From a virus, in IMG/VR virus record IMGVR_UViG_3300032092_000005, positions 88,321 through 152,320 of that record: a DNA stretch of 64,000 nt, one strand, 5' to 3'. The notes below the pieces were generated by a model. That model was not told the origin of the DNA. It saw only the letters and a program-made list of their open reading frames with translations, and ran no database searches. Both the position numbers and the translations under genes were made by a program. This document shows, piece by piece, positions 30,662-41,058 of this stretch. Each line of letters starts with the position of its first letter. Within the stretch, counting starts at the first letter, position 1.

Positions 30662-31555
30662 ATGACTGATATAAACAGCAAGGATAACGAATTGTTGGAA
30701 GGAGAACTTCCACCTGCTTTAAAAGCAGCCATCGAAAAGAAAAAAGCTAAAGCAATGAAAAATGGCGATAGCGAAGAATCTGATGATGATGAGAAAGAAA
30801 AAACGATGAAAGAGAAAAACCATTCAAAAATGAAAGAAGATATTGATGCTATTTTCTCAGGCGAATCTCTTTCTGAAGAATTCAAAAACAATGCAAAGGC
30901 TATCTTTGAAGCTGCTATTCTAGCAAAAGTTTCTGAAGAAAGAGCAAAGCTTGATGAAGAATACGAAACTAAACTAGAAGAAGAAATTGATTCTATCAAT
31001 GAAAGCATGATTACAAAGGTTGACGAATACTTAGAGTATGTCGTTAGCGAATGGATGGAAGAAAATAAACTCGCAGTTGAATCTGGTATCAAAGCAGAAT
31101 TGGCTGAAGACTTTATGGTAGGATTGAAAAATCTATTCACAGAACACTATGTTGATATTCCAGAAGAAAAGTTAGATGTAATTGAAGAAATCACAGAAAA
31201 ACTTCAAGAACTTGAAATTGAGTTGGATAAAGTTGTTACTGAAAATGTACAAATGACTTCCGAAATCAATGAGTACAGAAAAGAGAATATTGTTAATAAA
31301 ATCTCTGAAGGTCTTACAGATGTGCAATCAGCAAAATTGAAAAGTCTAGCTGAAGGTATTGAGTATGTTTCGGACGAAGACTATGAACAAAAACTTTCTT
31401 TAACTAAGAAGAAATATTTTGATAGCAAAATCGAAGAAGAAGTTGCTCCAAAAAGCAATAGCTTAGATGGTGATGGCGCAGTAAACTTAGATGAATCTTT
31501 TGCTCCAGCAATGAATCACTACGTTCAAAGTATATCAAAAATTGTGAAAAGATAA
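30662..31555 (+). CDS. gp22: Prohead scaffold protein gp22
   Basis: Acidic coiled coil with IFEAA, EWMEENKLAVESGIK, LKNLFTEHY. Confidence 0.93.
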   Translation: MTDINSKDNELLEGELPPALKAAIEKKKAKAMKNGDSEESDDDEKEKTMKEKNHSKMKEDIDAIFSGESLSEEFKNNAKAIFEAAILAKVSEERAKLDEEYETKLEEEIDSINESMITKVDEYLEYVVSEWMEENKLAVESGIKAELAEDFMVGLKNLFTEHYVDIPEEKLDVIEEITEKLQELEIELDKVVTENVQMTSEINEYRKENIVNKISEGLTDVQSAKLKSLAEGIEYVSDEDYEQKLSLTKKKYFDSKIEEEVAPKSNSLDGDGAVNLDESFAPAMNHYVQSISKIVKR

Positions 31556-31560
31556 CTTTT

Positions 31561-31568
31561 TATAAATA
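31561..31568 (+). promoter_or_regulatory. Late promoter TATAAATA (gp23)
   Basis: Exact consensus. Confidence 0.88.
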
Positions 31569-31609
31569 ATAACAGACAGAGTTCCAATTAATACTCAAGG
31601 AGAAAATAT

Positions 31610-32926
31610 ATGTCAATCGAATCATTAGTAAAAAAATGGGGTCCAGTTCTAGATCATCCTGACCTAGCATCCATTAAAGACAGTCACAAAAGAGCAGTTG
31701 TTTCCCAATTGCTAGAAAACCAAGAAGCTTCATGCCGTGAAAATTCTTCAGGCGGATATCGTTCACCAGGTTCTCTACTATCAGAAACAGCACCAACAAA
31801 CAGCATGGGCGCATCGTCATCTACAGCTGGTGATGGTAACATCGACATTTACGATCCAGTTCTAATCAGCTTGGTTCGCCGTGCGATGCCTAACCTAATC
31901 GCATATGATATTTGCGGTGTTCAGCCAATGACAGGTCCAACAGGCTTGATCTTTGCTATGCGTTCAAGATACGCAGCGCAAGACGGCACAGAAGCTTTGT
32001 TCAACGAAGCTAACACAGGTTTCTCTGGTGTTTTCACTGGTGTACAAACAGGCCAATCTCCTGCACTAGCTAACGCAACAAACTACACAGTACAAACAGG
32101 TATGACTACAGCTACTGCTGAAGACTTGGGTGCTGGTACAACAATGCGCGAAATGGCTTTCTCTATCGAAAAAGTTGCCGTTACAGCAAAAAGCCGTGCG
32201 CTAAAAGCTGAATACACAATGGAATTAGCACAAGACTTGAAAGCAGTTCATGGTTTAGACGCTGAACAAGAATTGGCTAACATCCTTTCTACAGAAATCT
32301 TAGCTGAAATTAACCGTGAAGTTGTTCGTCAGATCAACATTACTGCTACTATCGGTGCGCAAGAAAACGTAACTACTGCTGGTACATTCGACTTAGACGT
32401 TGATGCTAACGGTCGTTGGTCAGTTGAAAAATTCAAGGGTCTAATGTTCCAATTAGAACGTGAATCTAACGCAATTGCTAAAGCAACTCGCCGTGGTAAA
32501 GGTAACATCCTAATTTGTTCTTCAGACGTAGCTTCTGCATTGCAAATGGCTGGTGTTCTTGACTACACACCTGCATTGTCTAATGCACTACAAGTTGACG
32601 ATACAGGCAATACATTTGCTGGTGTTTTAAACGGTCGTATCAAAGTTTACATCGATCCATATTTCGCTGCAACTTCTGGTGTACACTACGCGACAATGGG
32701 TTACAAAGGCACTTCAGCATTTGATGCTGGTCTATTCTACTGCCCATACGTACCTCTACAAATGGTTCGTGCAGTTGGACAAGATTCTTTCCAACCAAAG
32801 ATTGCGTTCAAAACACGTTATGGCATGGTAGCTAACCCATTCGCAACATCTGCTGCTGATGGCGCTCTATCGTTCTCTAACAAGAACATCTACTACCGTA
32901 GATTCGCAATTGCTAACTTGATGTAA
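31610..32926 (+). CDS. gp23: Major capsid protein gp23
   Basis: RRAMPNLIAYDICGVQPMTGPTGLIFAMR, ELAQDLKAVHGLDAE, FYCPYVPL. Confidence 0.98.
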   Translation: MSIESLVKKWGPVLDHPDLASIKDSHKRAVVSQLLENQEASCRENSSGGYRSPGSLLSETAPTNSMGASSSTAGDGNIDIYDPVLISLVRRAMPNLIAYDICGVQPMTGPTGLIFAMRSRYAAQDGTEALFNEANTGFSGVFTGVQTGQSPALANATNYTVQTGMTTATAEDLGAGTTMREMAFSIEKVAVTAKSRALKAEYTMELAQDLKAVHGLDAEQELANILSTEILAEINREVVRQINITATIGAQENVTTAGTFDLDVDANGRWSVEKFKGLMFQLERESNAIAKATRRGKGNILICSSDVASALQMAGVLDYTPALSNALQVDDTGNTFAGVLNGRIKVYIDPYFAATSGVHYATMGYKGTSAFDAGLFYCPYVPLQMVRAVGQDSFQPKIAFKTRYGMVANPFATSAADGALSFSNKNIYYRRFAIANLM

Positions 32927-32966
32927 TATCAAAAGCACTGATTGAGCCGAGACACATCGGACACTT

Positions 32967-32995
32967 AAAAGGGGACTTAAAGGTTCCCTTTTTTT
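32967..32995 (+). terminator. Rho-independent terminator after gp23
   Basis: AAAAGGGGAC...GTTCCCTTTTTTT hairpin with a U-tract. Confidence 0.8.
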
Positions 32996-32999
32996 GGTT

Positions 33000-33007
33000 T
33001 ATAAATA
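33000..33007 (+). promoter_or_regulatory. Late promoter TATAAATA (gp3)
   Basis: Exact consensus. Confidence 0.85.
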
Positions 33008-33034
33008 GACAACAATAACTTATGGAGCATCATC

Positions 33035-33553
33035 ATGGCAGAAACATTTATCAGTCCAGTAAACAAGAGCTTTCTTTCCAACAACAAGTATCAGTTCATT
33101 CTAAGTAGAATGCCAAACATTGAGTTTTTCATTCAGAACATTACTCTTCCTGCAATGACATTGCTTTCAACAGATACGCAAACTCCATTCACTAGAATTT
33201 CAATACCATCTAATCAATTAGTATTTGATCCATTGGATATCACTATTGCACTTGATGAAGATATGAATGCGTGGTTTGAAGTTTATAACTGGATATATCA
33301 GCTAGGCAATCCTACAGGATACGATAAACTCGGTAATCTTACTCGCACTGCTGGACAAAATAATAGCATTACTTCTGATGCTACGCTAACTATCAAAACT
33401 AATTCAAACAATCCGAATGTACGCATTACGTTCAAAGACTTGTATCCATCTTCAATATCAAACATCCAATTCACATCTACTGAAGGTCAAGAATTCCTAA
33501 CAGCAAATATCAACTTCAATTACACAACATATTACGCAGAAAGAGTTGTTTAA
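33035..33553 (+). CDS. gp3: Tail completion / tube terminator gp3
   Basis: FLSxNxYQF...PNIEFF, DEDMxxW, SDATL, F.DLYP; follows gp23 as in T4-like marine and freshwater phages. Confidence 0.85.
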   Translation: MAETFISPVNKSFLSNNKYQFILSRMPNIEFFIQNITLPAMTLLSTDTQTPFTRISIPSNQLVFDPLDITIALDEDMNAWFEVYNWIYQLGNPTGYDKLGNLTRTAGQNNSITSDATLTIKTNSNNPNVRITFKDLYPSSISNIQFTSTEGQEFLTANINFNYTTYYAERVV

Positions 33554-33556
33554 TAT

Positions 33557-33585
33557 TTGACTTGAAACTAGTATTATGATATAAT
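33557..33585 (+). promoter_or_regulatory. sigma70-type promoter (uvsY operon)
   Basis: TTGACT-17 nt-TATAAT with an extended -10 TG. Confidence 0.8.
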
Positions 33586-33612
33586 GAAGAAATTTTATGA
33601 GGACAATATATC

Positions 33613-34050
33613 ATGACACTAGACGATATCGCAGCAGAGTGGGCAAAAGATTCTAAAATTGACAAAACAGAATTAGGTGTTGAGTCAATTAGAATTCCAG
33701 AACTCCACAGCAAGTATCTGAAAATATTTTTCGATGAACGGAGAAGACTTAAAGGATACCAATTCCAATCTAGAGAAACGTATTTGAAAAAGTATGAATA
33801 CTACAATGGAAAAATGTCAGAAGAAGAGATGAAAGAGTTAGGATGGGAACCTTTCATGAAGCGGCTGATGAAGGGTGAAGTAGATTACTACCTTGACGCA
33901 GACAGAGATATGATTCAAGAAAAAGCTAAGATTGTCAATCAAGAAGAAAAGATTGATATGGTAGCAGAGATAATTAAGAATCTGAATCAAAGAAACTTTC
34001 AGATCAAAAATGCAATAGACTACCTCAAATTTACTAATGGTGTTCAATAA
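33613..34050 (+). CDS. uvsY: Recombination mediator UvsY
   Basis: W..DSKID...IPELHSKY, RNFQIKNAID; directly upstream of uvsW. Confidence 0.9.
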   Translation: MTLDDIAAEWAKDSKIDKTELGVESIRIPELHSKYLKIFFDERRRLKGYQFQSRETYLKKYEYYNGKMSEEEMKELGWEPFMKRLMKGEVDYYLDADRDMIQEKAKIVNQEEKIDMVAEIIKNLNQRNFQIKNAIDYLKFTNGVQ

Positions 34051-34055
34051 TTATA

Positions 34056-35513
34056 ATGAGTGATCAAATTTTCGTAAAGAAGAAGAATGATGCATATGCG
34101 CTATGCATTGCAGAACCTTCTGTTGAACGAGAGATGCATGATTATTTCACGTTCTATGTTCCAGGATACAAATTCATGCCAGCGTTTAGAAACAAACTCT
34201 GGGATGGTAAACTCCGTCTGTATAACATGCAGACAAAAGAAATCTATTACGGACTGATTCCATATATAGCAGCATTTGCAAAAGAACGTGACTATCCATT
34301 TGTCGTAGATGATTCTATTGAACCTGCGGATGACTTTCCTGCTTCTGATGCATTAGAATTTATTGATACTCTAGCAGTTCCATTTGAAGTGCGCGACTAT
34401 CAAATCAAAGCATTCACTTACGCTATAAGAAACCGTAGAGCATTGTTGCTATCTCCTACTGCATCGGGCAAGTCGTTAATCATCTATTTGATCACTAGAT
34501 ACTTAAACAAAAAAACACTTATCATTGTACCCACAATCTCATTAGTAGCACAGCTATATAAAGATTTCAAAGACTACGGATTCGATAGTGATTCTAATAT
34601 TCACCAAATCATGGGTGGAGCAAGTAAAGACACGGACATGCCAATTGTCATCTCAACATGGCAATCAATCTATAAAATGCCTCAAGAATGGTTTGAAGAA
34701 TATGATCTAGTCATAGGAGATGAAGCGCATCTATTCAAAGCAAAATCGCTAGTTTCTATTCTGACTAATCTACCAGACTGCAAGTATAGATTTGGACTAA
34801 CAGGCACACTTGATGGTGCGCAGACGCACAAGTTAGTGCTAGAAGGTTTGTTCGGTAGTGTAAAGAAAGTTACTAGCACAAAAGACTTGATTGACGATGG
34901 CAGACTTGCAAGATTTAAAATCAAAGCATTGGTACTTAAATATTCTGAACAGTCATCTAAGGCTTGTAAAGGATTTACATATCAAGAAGAGATAGATTAT
35001 ATTGTCACTAAGCATTCTAGAAATCAATTCATTAAAAACTTAGCAGTAAGCTTAAACGGTAATACTCTATTGTTATATCAATTCGTTGACAAACATGGAA
35101 AAATACTGTATAATATGATTAAAGATGCTATAGCTGAAGATAGACCAATATTCTTTGTTCACGGAGATGTTGGTGTAGATGAACGTGAAGAAGTCAGAAG
35201 AATTACTGAGAATGAATCGAATGCAATTATTGTTGCATCATATGGCACATTCTCTACTGGTATCAACATTAAGAATCTACATAATATCATATTTTCTTCA
35301 CCAAGTAAAAGTAAAATTCGCACTCTTCAATCGATTGGTCGAGTATTGCGTCTTGGTGATAATAAAGAAGAAGCTATTCTGTTTGATATATCTGACGATA
35401 TGACATACAAGAGTACTAAGAATTATACTCTGGATCATTTTATGGAAAGAATGAAGATATATAATGATGAAAAATTTGATTATAAGATTTACACAATCAA
35501 TTTAAAGGACTGA
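34056..35513 (+). CDS. uvsW: SF2 DNA helicase UvsW
   Basis: SPTASGKS, DEAH, GLTGT, QSIGRVLR. Confidence 0.95.
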   Translation: MSDQIFVKKKNDAYALCIAEPSVEREMHDYFTFYVPGYKFMPAFRNKLWDGKLRLYNMQTKEIYYGLIPYIAAFAKERDYPFVVDDSIEPADDFPASDALEFIDTLAVPFEVRDYQIKAFTYAIRNRRALLLSPTASGKSLIIYLITRYLNKKTLIIVPTISLVAQLYKDFKDYGFDSDSNIHQIMGGASKDTDMPIVISTWQSIYKMPQEWFEEYDLVIGDEAHLFKAKSLVSILTNLPDCKYRFGLTGTLDGAQTHKLVLEGLFGSVKKVTSTKDLIDDGRLARFKIKALVLKYSEQSSKACKGFTYQEEIDYIVTKHSRNQFIKNLAVSLNGNTLLLYQFVDKHGKILYNMIKDAIAEDRPIFFVHGDVGVDEREEVRRITENESNAIIVASYGTFSTGINIKNLHNIIFSSPSKSKIRTLQSIGRVLRLGDNKEEAILFDISDDMTYKSTKNYTLDHFMERMKIYNDEKFDYKIYTINLKD

Positions 35514-35516
35514 TGA

Positions 35517-35900
35517 ATGCACCAAGAAGAAAAAGAGCAACCATCTTTTGAAATATGTAAAGTATTGAAGTTGACTAATGGCGAAACTATCGTAGGAATT
35601 GTTTCTAAAGAAACGTTTTCCTATGTAGAAGTAACTATGCCATATAAATTAACTACTGTTAGTTTGGGTAATGGAAGATCACATTTAGTAGCACAAGAAT
35701 GGGACAACTCAATCAATGTAGATATTCCTGTGAGAGTATTTAAGACTGCGATTGTTGCAGTTGCGGAACCAAATGAAATAATTATGAAAAGCTTTGCTAA
35801 TTTAACTGATGATACTCCGATTGAAGATTTCAGTGAAGATGCTAAAGAAGAATTCTATGAAGCAATGCTTAAGAACTTTAACTCAGATAAGATACAATAA
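35517..35900 (+). CDS. Hypothetical protein (Sm-like fold candidate)
   Basis: KLTNGETIVG N-terminus; conserved slot between uvsW and gp55. Confidence 0.7.
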   Translation: MHQEEKEQPSFEICKVLKLTNGETIVGIVSKETFSYVEVTMPYKLTTVSLGNGRSHLVAQEWDNSINVDIPVRVFKTAIVAVAEPNEIIMKSFANLTDDTPIEDFSEDAKEEFYEAMLKNFNSDKIQ

Positions 35901-35923
35901 GACTTAATCAAAACTGACACCGT

Positions 35924-35953
35924 AGTATAACACTACCAACCACCACTTGTCAA
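35924..35953 (-). promoter_or_regulatory. Antisense sigma70-type promoter upstream of gp55
   Basis: Minus strand reads TTGACA-18 nt-TATACT with an extended -10 TG; no minus-strand gene lies downstream. Confidence 0.6.
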
Positions 35954-35973
35954 TAGACAAAGAAAGAAATACC

Positions 35974-36573
35974 ATGGCTAGTACACATTATGTAAACAAT
36001 GCAGACTTCTTGCAGGAAATGATCATCTATAAGAAGATGGTAAAAGATGCAGAAGCGGAAAACAAAGATCGCCCGAGGGTTCCAGAGTATATTGGCACCT
36101 GCATGTTTAAGATTGCAACACACTTAGCACGTAAGCCAAACTTTGCCAATTACACATTCAAAGAGGACATGATATCTGATGGTATTGAAAACTGCCTGTT
36201 GTACATTGACAATTTTGATCCTGAGAAGTATAGTAATCCATTTGCATACTTTACTCAGATAATTTACTATGCGTTTCTTAGAAGAATCCAAAAGGAAAAG
36301 AAGCATATGTACATTAGATACAAGAGTATGCAGAATGAAATCATTAATGTATTAGTAGACAATGCGGGTGAAGAATTCGTATCGTCACATATGAACGGAA
36401 TGATCAATGATGCATACAGCGATAATTTCATTAAGGAATTTATCGAAGCATTTGAGACAAACAAAAAGAACAAGGCTCCTGCACCAAAAAAGAAAGCTGT
36501 AAAGGGAGTTATTAAATTTATGGAGAATGAAGAAAATGAGCAACAATCACACACCATTGCCAGTGCAGCTTGA
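35974..36573 (+). CDS. gp55: Late sigma factor gp55
   Basis: HYVNN, NFANYTFKEDMISDGIENC, NPFAYFTQIIYYAFLRRI; start ATG 35974. Confidence 0.95.
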   Translation: MASTHYVNNADFLQEMIIYKKMVKDAEAENKDRPRVPEYIGTCMFKIATHLARKPNFANYTFKEDMISDGIENCLLYIDNFDPEKYSNPFAYFTQIIYYAFLRRIQKEKKHMYIRYKSMQNEIINVLVDNAGEEFVSSHMNGMINDAYSDNFIKEFIEAFETNKKNKAPAPKKKAVKGVIKFMENEENEQQSHTIASAA

Positions 36574-36721
36574 GTATTGGATTAAAATCGTAGAGAACAA
36601 AAGAAGTCCTATGGATTTAAAAGCAAATGCAGTCTTGCATTTACGTTCAGTTCGTGATACAATAAACAATGTCCTTGACGCACCCACTCCTAACCGCTGG
36701 AATACTCCCTATAAAAAATGA
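36536..36721 (+). CDS. Small hypothetical protein
   Basis: ~61 aa, overlaps the gp55 end and the gp47 start. Confidence 0.55.
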   Translation: MSNNHTPLPVQLEYWIKIVENKRSPMDLKANAVLHLRSVRDTINNVLDAPTPNRWNTPYKK

Positions 36722-37782
36722 AAATTTGTTTACTTGGCGATACGCACTTTGGAATCAGAAACGATTCCAAAGTCTTTCATGAATACTATGAGAAATTTTA
36801 TGATGAAATTTTCTTTCCATACTTAAAGCAGAATGGCATTGATACCGTCATTCAGCTTGGAGATTTATTCGACAGACGGAAGTACATCAACTTCCTGTCG
36901 CTGACTGAGAGTAGACGTTACTTTTTTGATAAGCTTCGGAATGAAGGCATTCATCTTCATGCATTGATCGGCAACCATGATATCTTCTACAAGCATACGT
37001 TAGAAGTGAATTCGCCCGAGCTATTGCTTAAGGGCTACGACAACATCACGCTATGGAATAAAGAAGGCACATTAGAACTTGATGGACTTGCTATCGATAT
37101 GATTCCGTGGATGTGTAATGACAATGAAAAGCAGATCATGGACTTTATCAATAGCAGCGTGTCGCCTATCTGTCTTGGTCACTTTGAACTATTAGGCTTT
37201 GAAATGTCTAAGGGCGTAGAAAGTCATGAGGGTGTCAAATCGACATTCCTATCACGGTATGATCACGTATACAGTGGACACTATCATACAAAGTCTACAA
37301 GTAAAAACGTTAGCTATCTTGGCACACCTTACGAACTATTCTGGAGTGACTACAAAGACATAAAGGGATTCTATGTGCTGGACACTAAAGATAATTCGGT
37401 AGAGTTTGTAGAGAATCCATTGCGCATGTTCTACAAGATTAATTACAATGACGCAGACGGACAAGAACTCAATATCGATTACTCAGAATATACAAACACA
37501 TACGTCAAAGTCGTTGTTATAAACAAGCAGAACCCATTCAAGTTTGACACTATGATGGATGAACTATATAAAGCATTACCGACTGACATTACTATTGTAG
37601 AAGACTTCACAGAGGCTTCATTGAACGGTGATGATGACGAAATTAATCAAGCAGAGGATACTGTCACTATCCTATCAAACTTTATTGACCAACAGAATTT
37701 GACTAATGTTGATGGAACTAAATTGAAGACACTAATGCGAGAACTCTATGTTGAAGCATTGTCTTCGGAGACAATTGAATAA
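36718..37782 (+). CDS. gp47: Recombination endonuclease gp47 (Mre11-like)
   Basis: GDTHFG, GDLFD, GNHD, SGHYH phosphoesterase motifs. Confidence 0.95.
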   Translation: MKICLLGDTHFGIRNDSKVFHEYYEKFYDEIFFPYLKQNGIDTVIQLGDLFDRRKYINFLSLTESRRYFFDKLRNEGIHLHALIGNHDIFYKHTLEVNSPELLLKGYDNITLWNKEGTLELDGLAIDMIPWMCNDNEKQIMDFINSSVSPICLGHFELLGFEMSKGVESHEGVKSTFLSRYDHVYSGHYHTKSTSKNVSYLGTPYELFWSDYKDIKGFYVLDTKDNSVEFVENPLRMFYKINYNDADGQELNIDYSEYTNTYVKVVVINKQNPFKFDTMMDELYKALPTDITIVEDFTEASLNGDDDEINQAEDTVTILSNFIDQQNLTNVDGTKLKTLMRELYVEALSSETIE

Positions 37783-39494
37783 TGATTATATTTAATAAAT
37801 TACGTTGGAAAAACTTCATAAGCACAGGCAATGTGTTCACAGAGATTAAACTAGATGATGAAGCATCTACGCTAGTCGTTGGTGGTAATGGTTCTGGCAA
37901 GTCTACCTTTCTAGATGCAATTTGTTTTGCGTTGTTTGGTAAGCCATTCCGCAACATCAACAAAGCACAGCTTATCAACACCATCAACCAAAAAGATGCA
38001 ATCGTTGAAGTTGAGTTTACTACTAGCGGCAAGTCTTATAAGATCGTCCGCGGCATCAAGCCAAATATATTTGAAATCTATTGTGACGGCAAGCTAATCA
38101 CACAAAGCGCAGCAGTAAAAGACTATCAAGAACACTTAGAGAAATTCATCCTCAAATTGAACTACAAGTCGTTTACTCAGATTGTGATTTTGGGTAGTGC
38201 ATCATTTACTCCATTCATGCAGTTAGCAGCAGCCGAACGCAGATCAATCATTGAAGACTTGTTGGACATTCAGATTTTCTCACGTATGAATTCCGTATTG
38301 AAAGATAAAGTTGCAACACTAAAAGATGACTTGAATACTGGTAAGTATAGCATGGACTTGATTAAAGAAAAGATCACTATGCAGACAAAGTACATCAACA
38401 ACATCAAGCAAGACAAGCAGAATCAAATTGATGTTTATAATGAAAACATTAGCGTAGAAGTTGAGAACATAAAAACATATGCAGTAGCCGCTACCGCAGT
38501 AGCATTGGAGATTAGCGCACTTGAAGAATCTATTGAAGATAAAGAAGCTAATGCCAAGATGATTACAAAGTACAGTGGATTAAAAGACAATCTAAACAAA
38601 ACGGCACTGAAGGTAGATAAAGATATCAAATTCTATACCGAAAACAATGACTGTCCTACATGCAAACAGACATTGACAGAAACGTTCAAGTCTGATATGA
38701 TAGATGAACGCAAAGTAAAACTTGCGCAAGTCGTTGAAGGAATGAAAACGTTGTCTGTAAAGAATTCAGAAGTCAATGCGAGACAAGAAGAAATTATTCA
38801 AGTACTGAAAAACATTGCTGCGCAACAAAAATCATTTAACTCAATTCAAAGTCAGATCATTGCTGGTCAAAGATACATCGAAAAGACAAGAAAAGAAATT
38901 GCAGCATTGTCAGCAGAAACTGGCAATATTGAAGTAGAGCAATCAAAATTGACTGGATTAGAAAAGTCTTGCCAAGATCATGAAGATGTTATTCGTGACC
39001 TGACAGACAAGCGTTCTTATTTTGATGTTGCAGCTACTCTATTGAAAGACACTGGCATCAAGACTAAGATCATTAGACAATACATTCCAGTTATCAATAA
39101 GCTAGTCAACAAGTACCTTGCGACAATGGACTTTTTTGTGAACTTCAATTTGGACGAATCATTCAAAGAAACAATCAAGTCGCGCCACCGTGACGAATTT
39201 TCTTACGCATCATTCTCTGAAGGTGAAAAGCAACGGATCGACATGGCGCTTATGCTTACATGGCGCGCAGTTGCAAAGATGAAGAATTCAGCAAACACAA
39301 ACATCCTGATTCTGGATGAAGTGTTTGATTCTTCACTAGACACTAATGGTACAGAAGACTTGATGAAAATCTTAGGTATGTTGGACGATACTAACCTGTT
39401 CGTGATATCACACAAGGGCGATATCTTACAAGACAAGTTTAGGAACGTGATTAAGTTTGAGAAGGTGAATAATTTTTCAAGGATGATAAAATGA
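37782..39494 (+). CDS. gp46: Recombination ATPase gp46 (Rad50-like)
   Basis: GGNGSGKST, CPTC zinc hook, FSEGEK signature, LDEVFD. Confidence 0.96.
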   Translation: MIIFNKLRWKNFISTGNVFTEIKLDDEASTLVVGGNGSGKSTFLDAICFALFGKPFRNINKAQLINTINQKDAIVEVEFTTSGKSYKIVRGIKPNIFEIYCDGKLITQSAAVKDYQEHLEKFILKLNYKSFTQIVILGSASFTPFMQLAAAERRSIIEDLLDIQIFSRMNSVLKDKVATLKDDLNTGKYSMDLIKEKITMQTKYINNIKQDKQNQIDVYNENISVEVENIKTYAVAATAVALEISALEESIEDKEANAKMITKYSGLKDNLNKTALKVDKDIKFYTENNDCPTCKQTLTETFKSDMIDERKVKLAQVVEGMKTLSVKNSEVNARQEEIIQVLKNIAAQQKSFNSIQSQIIAGQRYIEKTRKEIAALSAETGNIEVEQSKLTGLEKSCQDHEDVIRDLTDKRSYFDVAATLLKDTGIKTKIIRQYIPVINKLVNKYLATMDFFVNFNLDESFKETIKSRHRDEFSYASFSEGEKQRIDMALMLTWRAVAKMKNSANTNILILDEVFDSSLDTNGTEDLMKILGMLDDTNLFVISHKGDILQDKFRNVIKFEKVNNFSRMIK

Positions 39495-40012
39495 TTGATA
39501 TCAATGATGTAGGACTAAAGTTAGTTGAAGAGACTAGCAGCATATTAACACAGGTCAGTGGTGATTTTGATTTCCAGAATCCACTGATGGATCCTAAAGA
39601 ACTTGCACAGAAGTTGCATTTTCATATGGTCAAGAATGATGGTCTTGGTATTTCAGCATGTCAGATTGGCATACCGCTAAGAGCATTTGCTATGCGTATT
39701 GAACAGAATACTCCATTCGTTCTATTCAATCCTAGAATCGTAAACGTATCCGAAAAAGAAATCTCTATGAAAGAAGGATGCTTAAGCTTTCCTCTATTGT
39801 TCCTGAACGTAAAGCGTCCAGACGCAGTTAGACTTAGATATCAGACAGAGACTGGTGAAACTGTTACTAATCAATTCATTGGCATGAGTGCGCGAATTGC
39901 GTTGCATGAAATGGACCACATGGACGGCAAAGTGTTCACTTCTAGAGCTTCACCGTTCGAGGCTCAAAGAGCATTGCGTAAGCGTATGATTCTAAAAAGA
40001 AAAGTGAAATAA
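39491..40012 (+). CDS. def: Peptide deformylase
   Basis: All three PDF motifs are present: GLGISACQIG, EGCLS, HEMDH. Confidence 0.93.
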   Translation: MIDINDVGLKLVEETSSILTQVSGDFDFQNPLMDPKELAQKLHFHMVKNDGLGISACQIGIPLRAFAMRIEQNTPFVLFNPRIVNVSEKEISMKEGCLSFPLLFLNVKRPDAVRLRYQTETGETVTNQFIGMSARIALHEMDHMDGKVFTSRASPFEAQRALRKRMILKRKVK

Positions 40013-40015
40013 AAT

Positions 40016-40276
40016 ATGAGCACCGAGGAAGACAAATTCAAACACAGCAAGCGTCTCCTAAAAGACGAAAACGCAGTGAAGAAACAAGTTAGAATTGCAA
40101 AAGAGTTTGGTGTGCCAGTTAAAGAACCTCATAAGTTTGCTAAACACCACGCAATGAATTGTGGTAATCCAAAATGTGTTATGTGCATGAACCCACGCAA
40201 GTCGTTTGGTGAACTCACAATGCAAGAAAAGAAATTTAATCAACGTGAACGTATCGTGGAGACTTCAAATGATTAA
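40016..40276 (+). CDS. Basic hypothetical protein with a Cys cluster (CGNPKCVMC)
   Basis: 86-aa ORF; possible Zn site. Confidence 0.65.
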   Translation: MSTEEDKFKHSKRLLKDENAVKKQVRIAKEFGVPVKEPHKFAKHHAMNCGNPKCVMCMNPRKSFGELTMQEKKFNQRERIVETSND

Positions 40277-40706
40277 AGAGAAATATCTTGGCGCATACAT
40301 GAAGACTGCAAAAATATTTGCAGCATTAAGTAGCGCCACGCGCAGGCATGTTGGCGCTATCATTGTCAAAGATGATAGAATTATTTCTATTGGATACAAT
40401 GGCATGCCAAGTGGATGGGATAATAATTGTGAATACTTGGAATACCAAAGGTTTGATGAACCAATTCTAGTTACCAGACCTGAAGTCCTCCATGCCGAAT
40501 CAAATGCAATTGCTAAGTTAGCTAAGTCTACCGAAAGTGGTGACGGAGCTTCTATGTTTATCACTTGCAGTCCATGCATAGAATGTGCTAAAATGATCTA
40601 TCAAAGCGGGATCAAAGAGGTATTCTATGAAGAGGACTATAAGAGCACCCAAGGTTTAGATTTCCTAAATAAATGTGGAATCAAAGTCGTAAAACTAAAG
40701 GAATGA
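40269..40706 (+). CDS. cd: dCMP deaminase
   Basis: GYNG, HAESNAI, SPCIEC zinc-deaminase motifs; start ATG 40269. Confidence 0.9.
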   Translation: MIKEKYLGAYMKTAKIFAALSSATRRHVGAIIVKDDRIISIGYNGMPSGWDNNCEYLEYQRFDEPILVTRPEVLHAESNAIAKLAKSTESGDGASMFITCSPCIECAKMIYQSGIKEVFYEEDYKSTQGLDFLNKCGIKVVKLKE

Positions 40707-40707
40707 T

Positions 40708-41058
40708 ATGACAGTAAAAGAAACAACAGCATACGAAAGTTGCATCGGAGAAAAAGTTGAGTTGCCTAAACCAAATTCACTAGTTGAATTTATGGAATTG
40801 AATGAAGAAGAAAAGCTTCAGCTAGAACAAGACACAGACAAAGAATGGCAGAAACATTGGATAGGTATGCCTGAGTATTCGCAGCAAGACAATCCTCCAT
40901 ACAAAAAACTTATCGTAAGCTTTAGAACCAAAGAAGACTATGAAGAATTTTCTAAGTTGATTGGCCAAGGTCTTAGCGAAAAGACTAAGAGTATTTGGCA
41001 TCCAAAACTAGACAGAGATGCTAATGCGCTCCGTCGTTGGATTCAGGAAGAAGCATGA
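40708..41058 (+). CDS. Small partner protein of the glycosyltransferase
   Basis: WIGMPEY.Q...F...D...F..LI.Q....TKSIW.P; overlaps the GT start (ATGA). Confidence 0.7.
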   Translation: MTVKETTAYESCIGEKVELPKPNSLVEFMELNEEEKLQLEQDTDKEWQKHWIGMPEYSQQDNPPYKKLIVSFRTKEDYEEFSKLIGQGLSEKTKSIWHPKLDRDANALRRWIQEEA

